Part shown: positions 12,137 through 23,243 of the stretch, in pieces
Layout: each line of letters opens with the position of its first letter
Position numbering within the stretch: position 1 is the stretch's first letter
NCBI GenBank assembly: GCA_964019335.1
Contig: OZ025727.1
Span: forward strand, 310,001-374,000
DNA length: 64,000 nt
Source: Diplonema japonicum
Lineage: Eukaryota > Protista > Euglenozoa: Diplonemea
Direction of reading: 5' to 3'
Notes under the pieces: model-generated
Told to the model about the DNA's origin: nothing
Databases searched by the model: none
Seen by the model: only the letters and a program-made list of their open reading frames with translations
Position numbers and translations under genes: made by a program

Positions 12137-12505
12137 ATATATAAAAAAAGCAAGATTTCCTTTTTCTTTTGAAGGAGAAAGAAAAAAAAAAACAAAAACA
12201 AAAAAAGCCTTGGTTTATTTTCTCGTCCCCCCCCCCCCCCCCCAGATACAATTCTCTTTTCTCTTTTTTTTTTCTCCCCTCCCTCTCTCTCTATCCCGTC
12301 CCCCTGCTTATAATAATTTTCCTTTTTTTTTTTCTTTTTTTGCTTGCTTTTCGTTATTATTCAAAAAGTATTTATTGAGGAAAATTCCGAGGGGGGGGGG
12401 GGGGGGGGGGGACTATACTGGCAAGAAACAGAAACGGCCCCAAAGTAAGGATTAGAAACGGGGAAACGTTAAAAAAAGGAGGCGGGAAAAAAAGAAAAAA
12501 AGAAA

Positions 12506-13087
12506 ATGCAATCTAAAGCAACAAATGAACGGCATGCACACGAACCCGCTATGATAGATTTTCTCTTTGCAGGTGGGGTCGCAGGAGCGGTAGCAAGGCT
12601 CGCGACGATGGGAAGGCTGACAAATATTTGGAAGGAAAGAATGGGCGTAGTGGTGGGCTTTCCTGCTCTTGGGTGTCTTTTCTATTCGAGGACAGTGGTG
12701 CCGGTTACGCAATTCGATTCTGTAGAGGTGCACGACATTCTGAGGAGGTTCTTGGGGGGCAGTCTCGCTGGAGGGCTAGCTGCCTCCATAGCCTTTCGGT
12801 CGCGAAAAGCCGTCCTGCGAACCATGCCCTTTTTCGGCCTGCAACAAGCTTCTTATGATTACTTATTGATATCCACTCAGTCCGCCCATACTCCCCTCAC
12901 TTTTATTTCTTTCGGCCTTCTTGCAGGGCTCTTCGCGCAGTCCATCATCTACCCCTTAGAGCGTCTTTCTCACGGTGCCCCGCTTTTCCGGGGCATGACA
13001 CCGACCTTTGTCACTGTCGCTCCAGCAGTGGCTGTCACTCTTACTTGTCGGGATATATATTTGGGCCGGGCTGAGAGCTTGTATTGA
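12506..13087 (+). CDS. Short, divergent mitochondrial carrier (SLC25)-like protein; alternative start at 12551
   Basis: Three Gly-rich odd-helix starts (FLFAGGVAGAVAR, FLGGSLAGGLAA, FGLLAGLFAQSIIYPLERL), plus LFRGMTPTFV.VAP and LRTMPF.GL...YD. Confidence 0.65.
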   Translation: MQSKATNERHAHEPAMIDFLFAGGVAGAVARLATMGRLTNIWKERMGVVVGFPALGCLFYSRTVVPVTQFDSVEVHDILRRFLGGSLAGGLAASIAFRSRKAVLRTMPFFGLQQASYDYLLISTQSAHTPLTFISFGLLAGLFAQSIIYPLERLSHGAPLFRGMTPTFVTVAPAVAVTLTCRDIYLGRAESLY

Positions 13088-13389
13088 TGTTTTGTGAATT
13101 TTTTTTTTGTTTTCTCTCCGAGTTTTTTTTTTTTAAATCAATCTGAATCTACACGTTCACCCCCCCCCCCCCCCCCCGTGTAAATAAAAAAGATCTTGGC
13201 AAACAAATTAAAAAAAAAAAAACTTATGGCAGTTCACATAGTTAACGTACGAGACACTTTCTTTTTTTTTTTTTCTCTCTTTTCTTCTCTCTCTTTTTTT
13301 GTGTTTTTTTTTTTTTTTTTTTTTGTTCACCCATTCATACAACAACAAAAACCCCCCAGCAACAAAAAAAGAAAAAAAAAAATTAAATA

Positions 13390-13872
13390 ATGTTACGAAA
13401 GGCGGCGCTGAACCAGCGGCGAGGAGCGAAATTTGTCCCAACCGTACCACCATGGAAAATAGGGAACACAGCCTGGACGGCGCCGGCAATGAAGCTGTAT
13501 CAGAAGCAGCTGTACTCATCCCATGAGTGGGAGCAGGTTGGCACCCCTCACAACTACCTAAGGTACATGAGTCCCGGAGAGCCATCGTACAATTTGAAAA
13601 CTGGTGCTCAGTTCCACGAGCAGTGGCAAGGACAGTATCAGAATGAATCCCTGAGGCAGACAGGGGTTACCCCCCAGTTCAGGGAATACGCACCTCCCAA
13701 TCCCTTCTACCGCGATATTTACTACGAGTGGCTCCACCGTAATGTGCTGGACGACCAGCCAGGGAGGGACAGCAACTTTGCCCACGAGTACACCAGAGTG
13801 GTTGAAACGAAAGAGAGGGCGCCCGGTATGGCGCTTCAGGTTGAGCAGACTGTGATGGCTCAGAATGTATGA
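13390..13872 (+). CDS. Hypothetical 160-aa protein with a euglenozoan-type mitochondrial presequence
   Basis: N-terminus MLRKAALNQRR; coding-like composition between homopolymer spacers. Confidence 0.7.
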   Translation: MLRKAALNQRRGAKFVPTVPPWKIGNTAWTAPAMKLYQKQLYSSHEWEQVGTPHNYLRYMSPGEPSYNLKTGAQFHEQWQGQYQNESLRQTGVTPQFREYAPPNPFYRDIYYEWLHRNVLDDQPGRDSNFAHEYTRVVETKERAPGMALQVEQTVMAQNV

Positions 13873-13998
13873 TAGCAAGAAGAATTTTTTTTTTTTTTTT
13901 TTAAAGTAACAAAATGGTAAAAAAAAAAAAACCCTCTCGTGCGTAACAAAAAGATGTCAAAGATATCGAAGTCGACCTAGGGAGAGTCCCCCCCCCTA

Positions 13999-14163
13999 GG
14001 GCTATGCTGGCGAGAAACGCGTTCCAAGCACTTTTTTTTTCAAAATAAGGAAACGGAAACGTTTCCAATCCTTACTTTGGGGCCGTTTCCTTAAAAGTAT
14101 CTGAAAAATAAGGAAAACGGCTAAGGAAACGGAAACGTCTGTTTCCCGTTTCTTGCCAGTATA
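13999..14163. mobile_element. Small MITE-like element; partial copy at about 12411-12470
   Basis: Imperfect TIR TATGCTGGCGAGAAACG / CGTTTCTTGCCAGTATA; internal GGAAACGGAAAC repeats. Confidence 0.5.
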
Positions 14164-14215
14164 TTGGAACAACCCCTTGAAGCATAGTTTAGAGGCTGTG
14201 TCTTCTTTTCGTCAG

Positions 14216-14477
14216 CGCGCGACGGACCCGCGACCCGGGCAATACACGCGGCGCGGACGCGACGCGGACGCGGACGGGTAGGAGCCCCGGATTGCCTGAG
14301 GGCAAAGATGAAGATCAAGGCGCTTTGGTTGCGCTTCGAGCTTTGGCACGAACGCATATCGGCTGCCAAGGCTCGCTATGTCGAATCTGTGACCTATGGG
14401 ACACACGGTGGGGAGGGGGTTGTGCTCAAGTTGGCCGCTCGTGTGTTCCCAAACAAATAGAACAAGAAGCTCCAATA

Positions 14478-14511
<34 letters not shown>

Positions 14512-14658
14512 TAAAACCTTTCCTTCACGCAGAACCTCGACCGGCGCAAGGAGGTAAAGGACGAGATCCGCCAGGAGCTGTTCGAGGACTACATGAGGCG
14601 GCGTGCCAAGCGGAACAAGCAACTTGGGATCGACCAGTACGGCACGTGGAGCAAAAAG
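14216..14658 (+). CDS. Putative spliced gene or gene fragment (exon about 14216/14308-14418, exon 14533-14658)
   Basis: Two GC-rich coding-like blocks (MKIKALWLRFELWHERISAAKARYVESV; NLDRRKEVKDEIRQELFEDYMRRRAKRNKQLGIDQYGTWSKK), each preceded by pyrimidines + CAG; the second is followed by AAG|GT. First donor position uncertain. Confidence 0.4.
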
Positions 14659-14907
14659 GTGTGGCCAAAAAAAAAAAAAAAAAAAAGATTGTTTTGTACC
14701 CTTTCCCCCCCCCCCCCCCCCTTCGTAGACACTGGCGTATCTGAAGAAAAACGGTGATTACTAAAGTGGGGTTACTGCTAATTCATTTTTTCCGTTTTGT
14801 TGCATTTTTCTCCCCCCCCTCAGTGTTCGTTTTCTTCTTCTTTTCTTCGTTTAAGAGAAACTACCACTAAAAGGCACAAGGAGAGGGCTCAATAAAAAGG
14901 GCCCAAC

Positions 14908-16632
14908 ATGCCCGTGTACACAAATGAAGATATTGAAGTAGAGGCTGTGAACAAAATCCGCCCGCATTCCGCAGTAGGGATGAGGTGCAAGTTCTTGGGT
15001 GTGAAGGGGCTGAGGAGGAGGGTAGGAACAACGATGAGCAGAAGGAGGGCCTCTTGCCCGTCGGCGACAGAAACGGAGTCTAGCATGTCCCACCGTGACT
15101 GCGACAGCAAGCTATCACCGACCCCTGTACCCGGGTGGGGGAGGGATGCGGAGATGCTCGTTGCAAACTATTCACGTACCGGCACACCCTTTCGCAGCAC
15201 CCCTACCGAAGGGACCCCACTGGGTCTCGACGACCTGCTGACAAGGGAATTCGCCTCTTTCCGAACTCAGGACGCAGCTGGTGAAACACAGGACACACAA
15301 CCCCCTGCTGCACTCATGATGAAATCGGAAGAACAAATACGCAGCTCTCTTATTTTATTAGAATTCTCGGAGAGGAACGTCCTCGACAAGGAGTTCAACT
15401 CTGAGACGGGGCGTGACGCCACGCAGGCTGTCGACGCTGCAGTAGTGGAGCAGATCTTCGCAACGGACCATGCAGAGTATCTGAAGTACGACCTGGAGTA
15501 CAGGCAGCTTTACGAGATGTTGGCGAAAAACCCGCGACGGCACGCCACACAGCTGTGGTGGGCGAAGAAAGTGGTCGCCTCCAGCCCGACACCAGGACGC
15601 CCGCTTCACGACCTCCTCCGCGAGGAGCTGGAGAGCAAACGGCTTCTCAAAATCGCGGAAGATATCTCAATCGATGAAACAGCAGGGCGGGAAAAAATCT
15701 CGCTTCTGCATGAGTTTGTCTACGAGTGTCTTGCTACCGAGTTGCTGAGCCTTATCGCGGAAAGAGCAGCGATGGATTCAAAATCCCTCACCGTACGAGA
15801 GACGGTGGAGAGGAAAACCATTTTGGATGAAGAGTGCATCTCCAGGCTGCTTTTTGTAGTTTGGCGAGAAATCCGCGGTCTGGGCAACCACGAGGAGGAC
15901 TTAAGAGCAGACCTTGCGGAGGAAGAAACCATGGAGCGCACATATCTCGAGGACCTGGAAACCGTTGAAAAACCCACGGTCCAAACCCGCCACATTGGGA
16001 CAGGGACATCATCAGGGCCTATCTGCACTTACTGTGGATTTGAACTCAGCGTGAGATTTTGTTCTGAAACAGGCGAACCACACGCTATGGCTGGGCTGTG
16101 CGAAATATGCGGTTTAGACAGGGAAGGGAACAAATATTGCCCATCAACGGGACAGCCGCACGAACGAGTGTTCTCACTCCCTCATAACTGGTCAACAGCG
16201 CCCTTCAGGTCAACAGGTGTGACGCAAGGTGTTCGCTCGATACGAACCGCTGTGTTGAACGAAGCCATCGCGAAGGGCCTGCCGGCGGAACGTGTTCTTG
16301 AAGAATTGAAGAAAATGCTCGCACCCAAAATGCTGATGGAAATCTGCACTGAGCTCAGCGTTGTCAAAGGGGTCGACATGCCTGTTGTGGACAACATCTA
16401 CAGGGACGCGATGTCGTACCTAAGCCTCTCGCACGAAGGGCTTCTCCCCTCCACCGTTGTAGAAGAAGACGCCGACCAAGAGGAGCAACTCGTGTCCGCG
16501 CACAGCATGGCAAGATCCAAACGCGATTTTAAAAGCTCCGCAGGTGGTTTCGACGACTCGCGTTCCGTTGTCTCGGCCGTTCGCAAAAAGGGCAGCAGGG
16601 GAAGGGCAAAGAACAACTCAGTAAAGCGGTGA
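14908..16632 (+). CDS. Hypothetical 574-aa protein, Glu-rich helical region plus two tandem CxxC..CxxTGxPH fingers
   Basis: Long ORF; CTYCGFELSVRFCSETGEPH and CEICGLDREGNKYCPSTGQPH. Confidence 0.8.
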   Translation: MPVYTNEDIEVEAVNKIRPHSAVGMRCKFLGVKGLRRRVGTTMSRRRASCPSATETESSMSHRDCDSKLSPTPVPGWGRDAEMLVANYSRTGTPFRSTPTEGTPLGLDDLLTREFASFRTQDAAGETQDTQPPAALMMKSEEQIRSSLILLEFSERNVLDKEFNSETGRDATQAVDAAVVEQIFATDHAEYLKYDLEYRQLYEMLAKNPRRHATQLWWAKKVVASSPTPGRPLHDLLREELESKRLLKIAEDISIDETAGREKISLLHEFVYECLATELLSLIAERAAMDSKSLTVRETVERKTILDEECISRLLFVVWREIRGLGNHEEDLRADLAEEETMERTYLEDLETVEKPTVQTRHIGTGTSSGPICTYCGFELSVRFCSETGEPHAMAGLCEICGLDREGNKYCPSTGQPHERVFSLPHNWSTAPFRSTGVTQGVRSIRTAVLNEAIAKGLPAERVLEELKKMLAPKMLMEICTELSVVKGVDMPVVDNIYRDAMSYLSLSHEGLLPSTVVEEDADQEEQLVSAHSMARSKRDFKSSAGGFDDSRSVVSAVRKKGSRGRAKNNSVKR

Positions 16633-16733
16633 CCCCCCCCTCCACCCCCATCTTTTAATTACACACCTTATATTATATTATTTGTTGTTGTTTTCAAGAA
16701 GAGATTCCAGAAACAAAAGGGGGAGAGGGAGAA

Positions 16734-17288
16734 ATGAAAGAATGTAAGAAATCTAAGAAGCTGATTCTCGATAAAAAGAAGATGTGGGTCCTCTTGGCAG
16801 CGGAGGCTGAGAAGGAAAGGGAGAGCGTTGCGATAAGGAAGGAGCTGAACGTGAAACGGCAGTTGGAACTGGTCAGAGAGAACGAGCAGCTGAAGGAAGC
16901 TGTTCAGGAAAAAGAAAACAGAAGGAGGGAGCCGACGGTGCCTGTGCCCTTGTGCTACGAGTGCAAGGCAAGGATACAGCACTCAACTCGTGATAGCTCT
17001 GCAACACCATTGTCCACATTGTCCTTCTCTTCAAAGTCTTCTAACGGTACTACAGTAATTCCTGTTCAGAGGGCCATGCACACATATACCCAAATTTCTC
17101 ATAGGGGCAACCTTCGGCTTTTTAAAATCCCGTCAGCTCAGCCTCTCTCTACTCTTCTCGTCCACTTGTCCCTTACCTCTGATGCCGTAGTCTTGTGGGG
17201 CACCACAGAGCTCGATCTCCAAAGAACACCAGCCGAGTACAATATGCCGTGTGATGTTTCGCAACCAGTATTGCTGCAGGTGGCGTGA
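16734..17288 (+). CDS. Hypothetical coiled-coil protein with CxxC and a possible C-terminal ubiquitin-like domain
   Basis: Heptad-like N half; CYEC; FKIPSAQPLSTL...LWGTTELDLQRTPAEYNM resembles a beta-grasp fold. Confidence 0.65.
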   Translation: MKECKKSKKLILDKKKMWVLLAAEAEKERESVAIRKELNVKRQLELVRENEQLKEAVQEKENRRREPTVPVPLCYECKARIQHSTRDSSATPLSTLSFSSKSSNGTTVIPVQRAMHTYTQISHRGNLRLFKIPSAQPLSTLLVHLSLTSDAVVLWGTTELDLQRTPAEYNMPCDVSQPVLLQVA

Positions 17289-17578
17289 AAGTACTCCCTT
17301 TCTAAAAAAAAAGGGGGGGGGGAGAAAAGGAGAAAAAAGAAAAGTAATGAAATTGTACTCCTCTCCCCCCGTCGTGTTAAAAAGAGAAGAAATAATACCC
17401 CCCCCTCCCCCCTTTCCCTTCCCTGCGCCTATTCTGTGACATTTTAGAGCCCACAAGAAAACGCGTGCCTTCCCCCTTTTCTTGTATTTTTATTTTTTTT
17501 AAAGGGGTTTTTATTCCCTTTCTAATTTTTTTTTTAAAAAAAATCTTTTGTATAGAAGAAGGGGAAAAAAAGAAGGAA

Positions 17579-19015
17579 ATGCAAAGTTTCGTTCTACTGG
17601 CAAGCGTGGTGATGTGCGCCCCACCAAGCGGTGTGCACACTGCATGGAGACAAGACGGTGGCCTGTGGGTCACCTGGTACGACGTCGGCGGCAAAGGGGA
17701 GAAGGGCGCAGGGAGCCCGAGGTGTAAGTACCACGATGCCTCAAACGGGTGGCAACAGGTACCCGCAGACAGCAACACCTACTCAGACATCTGCGACGCA
17801 CCACAATGCACGCGATGGACAGGATGGGTCCACACCGCAGCCCTCCCAAAGGGCTCCCAGCCCACAACTACATATACCTGTGGAGACGACCTAAACGGCT
17901 TCACGAAGAACATCACCACGAGCACACAGCACCACACACCGGGTTCCGGGATAAAATTCATTGTCGCGGCAGACGTCGGCGCATCACCCGCCGCAAAAGC
18001 AGTTCAAACCGCCATCATGTCCTCACCATGGGGGGAAGAGGCAGCGTTTTTTTTAATGCCGGGGGATATTTCATACGCAGGGGGGAACCAGTCGATATGG
18101 GACGACTTTGCAAACCTGTGGGAACCGGTATCCTCCCGCATCCCGACCTTGGTGTCGCCGGGCAACCACGACGGCGAGTTTCTGTACGGGAACAACTACC
18201 ACCTCCCGGCTTCGAAATGGGTCGGCGGAGGGGAATCAGGCACAGCGTACTCCATAAGGTACCCCGGCCCGGGGGAACCCATTACATATGTTTCTGACGA
18301 CGTGGATATACCGAAAATGACGTCTACATCATTTTGGTGGTCTGCAGCATACGGCCCTGTCAGGGTGATTACTACATCTGGTGTGCATAATATTTCTGCC
18401 GGATCGGTGCAGTACAATTGGTTGGAAAAGGAGCTTTCAACAGCGAGCGAGAAATGGGTGATCCTCACCAACCACTTCCCTCTGTACTGTACTATAGATG
18501 ACTGCTTCTGCGGGAACTACACGGAACAGGCCGAGAAAACGAGGTGCGAACCCGGCGCGGACGGTTCTGTGATCCCGGGCATTCTCGAGGTGAACGCTGT
18601 TTTCATCAAGAATGCAATCGAGCCGCTTCTTGCGAAGTACAACAATGTGGACCTTGTGCTGACTGGGCACGAACATGCTTATGAAAGAACGCTGCCTGTA
18701 ATGGAGTTTTCTGTCCCAGCATCGTCGAGGGGGAAATTCGGGTTTCCTGTGACATTCGCTTCTCCAGGAGCTCCGGTCCATGTTATGGCAGGAATGGGCG
18801 GAGGAGGACCTGACACAAAATGGCGGGAGTCATCTGGATTCCCGTGGTCGGCCGTTCGTTCGAACCTTACTGTTGACGACACCTACCCATATGGGTTTAT
18901 GGGTTTCTCTCTTTCCCCTGATGAGACGATTTTAAGCGGGACTTACTACAATGTCGACTCGGGTGACAGTTCTCAGACAGTTGTGAGGGACAAGTTCAGT
19001 ATTGTTAAACCGTGA
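17579..19015 (+). CDS. Secreted purple acid phosphatase (calcineurin-like metallophosphoesterase)
   Basis: Signal-like MQSFVLLASVV; metal-ligand motifs DVG, GDISY, GNHD, VILTNH, GHEH.YER. Confidence 0.9.
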   Translation: MQSFVLLASVVMCAPPSGVHTAWRQDGGLWVTWYDVGGKGEKGAGSPRCKYHDASNGWQQVPADSNTYSDICDAPQCTRWTGWVHTAALPKGSQPTTTYTCGDDLNGFTKNITTSTQHHTPGSGIKFIVAADVGASPAAKAVQTAIMSSPWGEEAAFFLMPGDISYAGGNQSIWDDFANLWEPVSSRIPTLVSPGNHDGEFLYGNNYHLPASKWVGGGESGTAYSIRYPGPGEPITYVSDDVDIPKMTSTSFWWSAAYGPVRVITTSGVHNISAGSVQYNWLEKELSTASEKWVILTNHFPLYCTIDDCFCGNYTEQAEKTRCEPGADGSVIPGILEVNAVFIKNAIEPLLAKYNNVDLVLTGHEHAYERTLPVMEFSVPASSRGKFGFPVTFASPGAPVHVMAGMGGGGPDTKWRESSGFPWSAVRSNLTVDDTYPYGFMGFSLSPDETILSGTYYNVDSGDSSQTVVRDKFSIVKP

Positions 19016-19392
19016 TTTTAAGATTTCCCCTTTTGGCTTTTTGCTTTGAAAAAATGGGAGGAAAAAAATATATTTATTTTTAATGAAAAGATAAAGATAG
19101 AGCGTTTTTGTTGCCCCCAGAAAATAAAAATAAAAAAGAGGAAGAAGGAGGGGGAAAGGTCGCCGTAATGCCATTTTAATATTTTTCCTTTTATTTTATT
19201 TAACCTTGTGTTTGCATAAAACGTCAGGCAGAATGGGGCTTTGTTTTCTCAGAAAAGTTTTCTTTCTTTTTTTTTTCCAGGAACGTGTTGGAAACGAGTT
19301 TTTTACGAGGGCAACGTATAGTTCCTCTCTTTTTTTTTTCGTTTTTTTTTTTCTTTTTTGAATTTTAGGTTTGTGGTTCTTATTTATTTTTT

Positions 19393-19660
19393 TTATTTCA
19401 CTCTTCAGAAATTACTTCACGCACTGGGGGGGCCATTACTTCACGCTAAATCTCATTATTTCACGGAAATAATGGCCTGCTAGGTATGGGAAGGCCTGAT
19501 TAGAGATGGTGACAGTGGCAATGCCAGCGACAGCGGCAGCTCTTAGTCAACAAAAGGAGGGAAAACAACTTGTATTGTAACCTTCCCCTCTCTTGTTGTA
19601 CCCCTTGTCACCCTGTTGTGCCCCTCGTGGTGAAGTAATTTCAGAGTGTCGTGAAATAAA
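19393..19660. repeat. Small foldback/MITE-like element
   Basis: TTATTTCAC..GAAATTACTTCAC inverted against GTGAAGTAATTTC..GTGAAATAA; subterminal ATTA(C/T)TTCACG x3. Confidence 0.45.
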
Positions 19661-19818
19661 ACCACTTACCTACCGCCAAGTAATGCTTTACCGACCTCGA
19701 GGTAACGGTAAAGTCATTACTTGTTGGCAGTAAATAGCTATTTTTCATTTCAAAAAAAAAAAAAAAAAAAAAAGGAGGGGGGAAAAAAAAAGAGAAAGAA
19801 AAAAAAAAAAAGAAAAAA

Positions 19819-20115
19819 ATGGGAGGAAAACCTTCAACAGCAAATGAGGAACAGCAGAAGTGTTGCGCAGGAGTGGTCACCCCTATGGAGAACTGGCAGA
19901 CGGACGAGAGCACCGGGAGCTGCAGGGTGTGCGACAAGAGCTTTTGCGTGTTGTGGAGGAGGAGGCACCACTGCAGGAAGTGTGGGCATGTTGTATGTGG
20001 GGGCTGTGCACCTAAGAGAACTTGCTGCAAGTCAAGGATCTGCACTGGCTGTGGCCTGACTATACGATTTGATCGAAGTGCGACCAAGTCAAACACCTAC
20101 TATAAGACATCTTGA
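19819..20115 (+). CDS. Small FYVE zinc-finger protein
   Basis: WxxD, CxxC, RRHHCRKCG, CxxC, RICxxC. Confidence 0.85.
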   Translation: MGGKPSTANEEQQKCCAGVVTPMENWQTDESTGSCRVCDKSFCVLWRRRHHCRKCGHVVCGGCAPKRTCCKSRICTGCGLTIRFDRSATKSNTYYKTS

Positions 20116-20162
20116 GCTTTTTCGTTCGACGGGGGTTTTTTTTTTTGTTTCACCTTATCAAC

Positions 20163-20387
20163 CATAGTGCCCAGTGTTAACCGATCACCTTCGGGTTTTT
20201 AAAACCGGACCCGAGCAATTTTAGATTTCCGATCCGAGTTATCTTCCCAAAACCCTGGGGTCGGCTTTGTGTATCTGGGAGGTCCGGGATACGAATAGAA
20301 GGGTTTTAAGCATGGTTGCAAGCATGCTCGCCTTTCATTTGACGTCAATTTAAACCCGCGGGTGATCGGTTAACCCTAGACACTATG
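20163..20387. mobile_element. CATAG-terminated MITE
   Basis: 27-bp imperfect TIR CATAGTGCCCAGTGTTAACCGATCACC / GGTGATCGGTTAACCCTAGACACTATG; inverted relative at 57143-57495. Confidence 0.8.
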
Positions 20388-20793
20388 CAAACACAAGTAT
20401 TCGCAAAAAAAAAAAAAAAAAAAAAAAAAAAAGAAGCGGGAGTGGGTAGATATACATTATAAAAAAAAAAAAAAAGATTGGGCATTCTCACTTCTTCGTT
20501 TGTTTTTCTGTTTTTTTTTTTGTTGTTTTATGTGAACGAAAAGAAAGAATAAGAAATATCAAAAAAGGGGGAAGGGGGGGGGGGTATTTTTATCAACAAA
20601 GTACAGGTGGGGGGGGAGGTTTTTTTGTAGGTTATTTGCTTTAGTTTTCCCATATCATTGGATACTCCCCCCCCCCCCCCCCATGACAACACGAATGTAG
20701 TTGTTAACTTTCTCTCTGGCTTGTCGCGTGAATAGCGAGCCAGTTTCCTCTTTTTTTTTTTTTTGAAACCTATAAAGAAACTTTGAACGAACA

Positions 20794-20827
<34 letters not shown>

Positions 20828-20839
20828 CCCTAAATGTCT

Positions 20840-21003
20840 AGCAAACTGCACGGGCTCAGAACCTTGGTTACCAGGGGCGCCACACACTGCACGCATAAAG
20901 GACACGACGCGGAACGCTAGGCCGAGGCGCGCCCCCTGTAATCAAGTAGATGATGCTTGAGCAGGGCGCCATGCCACATACTGCAGGCGCCCTTAAATAG
21001 TCT
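20840..21003 (+). mobile_element. 3'-end remnant of retroelement family E
   Basis: Homologous to 2100-2250; hairpin AGGGCGCC-ATGC-CACATACT-GCA-GGCGCCCT followed by a T-tract. Confidence 0.65.
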
Positions 21004-21035
21004 TTCCTTTTTTTTTTCTTTTTTTCTTTTTGATT

Positions 21036-21136
21036 AAAAAGAGTAGTGGGTAGCATTGTTGGGCTTATCCTTCTACAGGTTAACCCCCCCCCCCCCCCCG
21101 GCTGTGCACAAATAACTATCAAATCGACTCTTTTTT
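21036..21136. repeat. About 80-100-bp element bounded by AAAAAGAGT / ACTCTTTTT; related copies at 21386-21466 and about 22650-22725
   Basis: Shared core GAGTAG.GG..GC.TTGT.G..TTATC...TA/CAGGT..GCACAAA. Confidence 0.45.
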
Positions 21137-21471
21137 ATCCCTCTTTCCTTCCTTATGTCCTTCGCTGCAACTAAGAGTCTTTTCCATAGTTGGACTGCGA
21201 GTTTTTTTTTTTTTTCTTTTTTTTCAGATGCAAACCCCACCCGAAAAGTGCGTACCCCCCGCAAAAAATAGAGATTGAGTTGTTTTTTTTAGTGAATTGT
21301 TATTGCTGCAAGAGTAGTGGCATACAGTTCTTTTTTTTTTTTTGCTGGAACAAGTAAACAAATTTTTGAAAAGAATTGTTATTGCAAAAAAGAGTAGAGG
21401 CAGCTTGTCCGTTTATCCCTACTGTAGGTGAAAACGGCTTGCACAAACAATCAGCCGACTCTTTTTAAGAG

Positions 21472-21611
21472 ACCACGGAAGTGGGCAGCGTGGAGGACCT
21501 AGGCGTCAAGGCAAGGAAGTATGCGCTGAAACGCGTCCAGACCGGCAGCTGCCGAAAATATTTTTTTAAAGGGGGACGTTCCAAAAACAGGAACTTCCTT
21601 TATCTCATCTC
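21472..21611 (+). mobile_element. Non-LTR fragment plus family B terminal hairpin (21568-21611)
   Basis: DLGVKARKY.LKRVQ resembles KKARSF..LERIQ in family B; AAGGGGGACGTTCC-AAAAACA-GGAACTTCCTTTATCTCATC followed by a T-tract. Confidence 0.55.
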
Positions 21612-23243
21612 TTTTTTTTTTTTCCTTAATATTTTTCACTCTTACCTTAGTTCGTATCGCTTTCATATGAGCTTCTGTTTTTTTTTTGGGGGGGAGGGGA
21701 GAAAAGAAAAGTGGTAGTTGTGTTGAGGAAGTATGCCTTCACCCCCCCCCCCCCCCCCCTCGCTCCCTCCTCTTACGGTCTTTTCTTTTTTATCGGACGT
21801 CTTGGGCGGGAAAAAAAAAAAAAGAAATAAATGGGGAATCGAAAGGAAGGGGTATAGAGTTTTGTTATTTATATCTAGCTGATTCTCTTTTCTGCTAGGA
21901 AAACAAATGACGAACACCTTTTCACCAAAGCCTCCAAAAAAATTCGTATAGCTTTTTTTATAGTGTTTGTGATCTTGCCTCTTGTGTTTTTTACATCTTC
22001 CTTCACCTCGCTTTTTTTTCCTGTCAAAAAAAAAAGTAGAAGAAGAAAAAAAGAAATCTAGGTACGAAACTGGCGCATAACACCCTCCTGTTAAGCTATT
22101 TTCTCACTTTTTTTTTTTGTTTTAACGATTTTATTGTCGAGACAAAAAAAAAAAAAAAAAAAAAAAACTACTTGCTAGCAGCGTAATGATCTTATTCTAT
22201 TTTATTGGTATAAGGTAAAAAAATCCGCCCAAAACTAGTTTTTTTTTTTTTACGGTGAGCACCGCACACCGAAATTTTATCAATTTTCTTTTTTTTTTGT
22301 GTATTTGCAAAAGAAAATGCTGGGAAGGTTCTGAGGGGGGGGGGGGGGGGGGGGTATTTTGGGAGGGGGTGGCCGCAAAGGCGTAACGATAAATTGCTCC
22401 GAAGTCTCTTAATTTTTTTCATTTTTGAGACAAAACTCATGTTCTTATTCTTCGAATGGGGCGGGGAAAAAAGAAGAAAAAAAAAAAAAGAAAAAATAGA
22501 TTGGAATTGAGGTTTCTTATTTATTCAAACGCAATAACATGTTTTGAAACGTATTCTTTTTCTTTTTCTGGCGGGCCGTGCTAACCACTTCGTTCCTATC
22601 ATAGTGAATTCTTTTTTTTTTTTGCCGTGAACAAACAAAGAAGTGCTAAAAAAAGAGTAGTGGGCAGCATTGTTGGGATTATCATTCTACAGGTGATTCC
22701 CTGCTGTGCACAAAGGATCCGATTTTTTTTTTTTTTGCAAGAAAGAGCTTTATCTAAACCAAAAAGGGGGAATTGTTGGCAGTCATGTTTTTAGCCCCCT
22801 CCCCACAGCACGACAGCCAGCGGTTCCTCCTTTCATTTTCTCTTTCCCGAAAATCTCTCGAAGATTAACGATAAAAGTTTCAACATTATTCGGTCCAAAG
22901 ATATTTTTTTTTTACTCCATTTTTTTTCGCACTTTCTTTTCTTTCCCCCCCTTTATATTTCATTTCATTCCCCTTTCTGCTATGCCACCCCACCCCCCCC
23001 CCCCCCCCCCTCCCCTTCCCCCCCTTTTTTTTCCTTTGTTCCTTCCTCCAGTATTTTTTATTTTATGGGGGAGGGAGTTTATTTAAAAAAAAAAAGAGGG
23101 GACGAAAAAAAAAAAAAAGAAAGATGGGTTTTGTTCAGTCCTTTTTTTACTTTTTTTTTTTCCTCTCTTCTTACAAAAGCAATTTTTTTTTTTTTTTTTT
23201 TACGACAAAAAAGTTCAGGCAAAAAAAAAAAAAAAAAAAAAAA

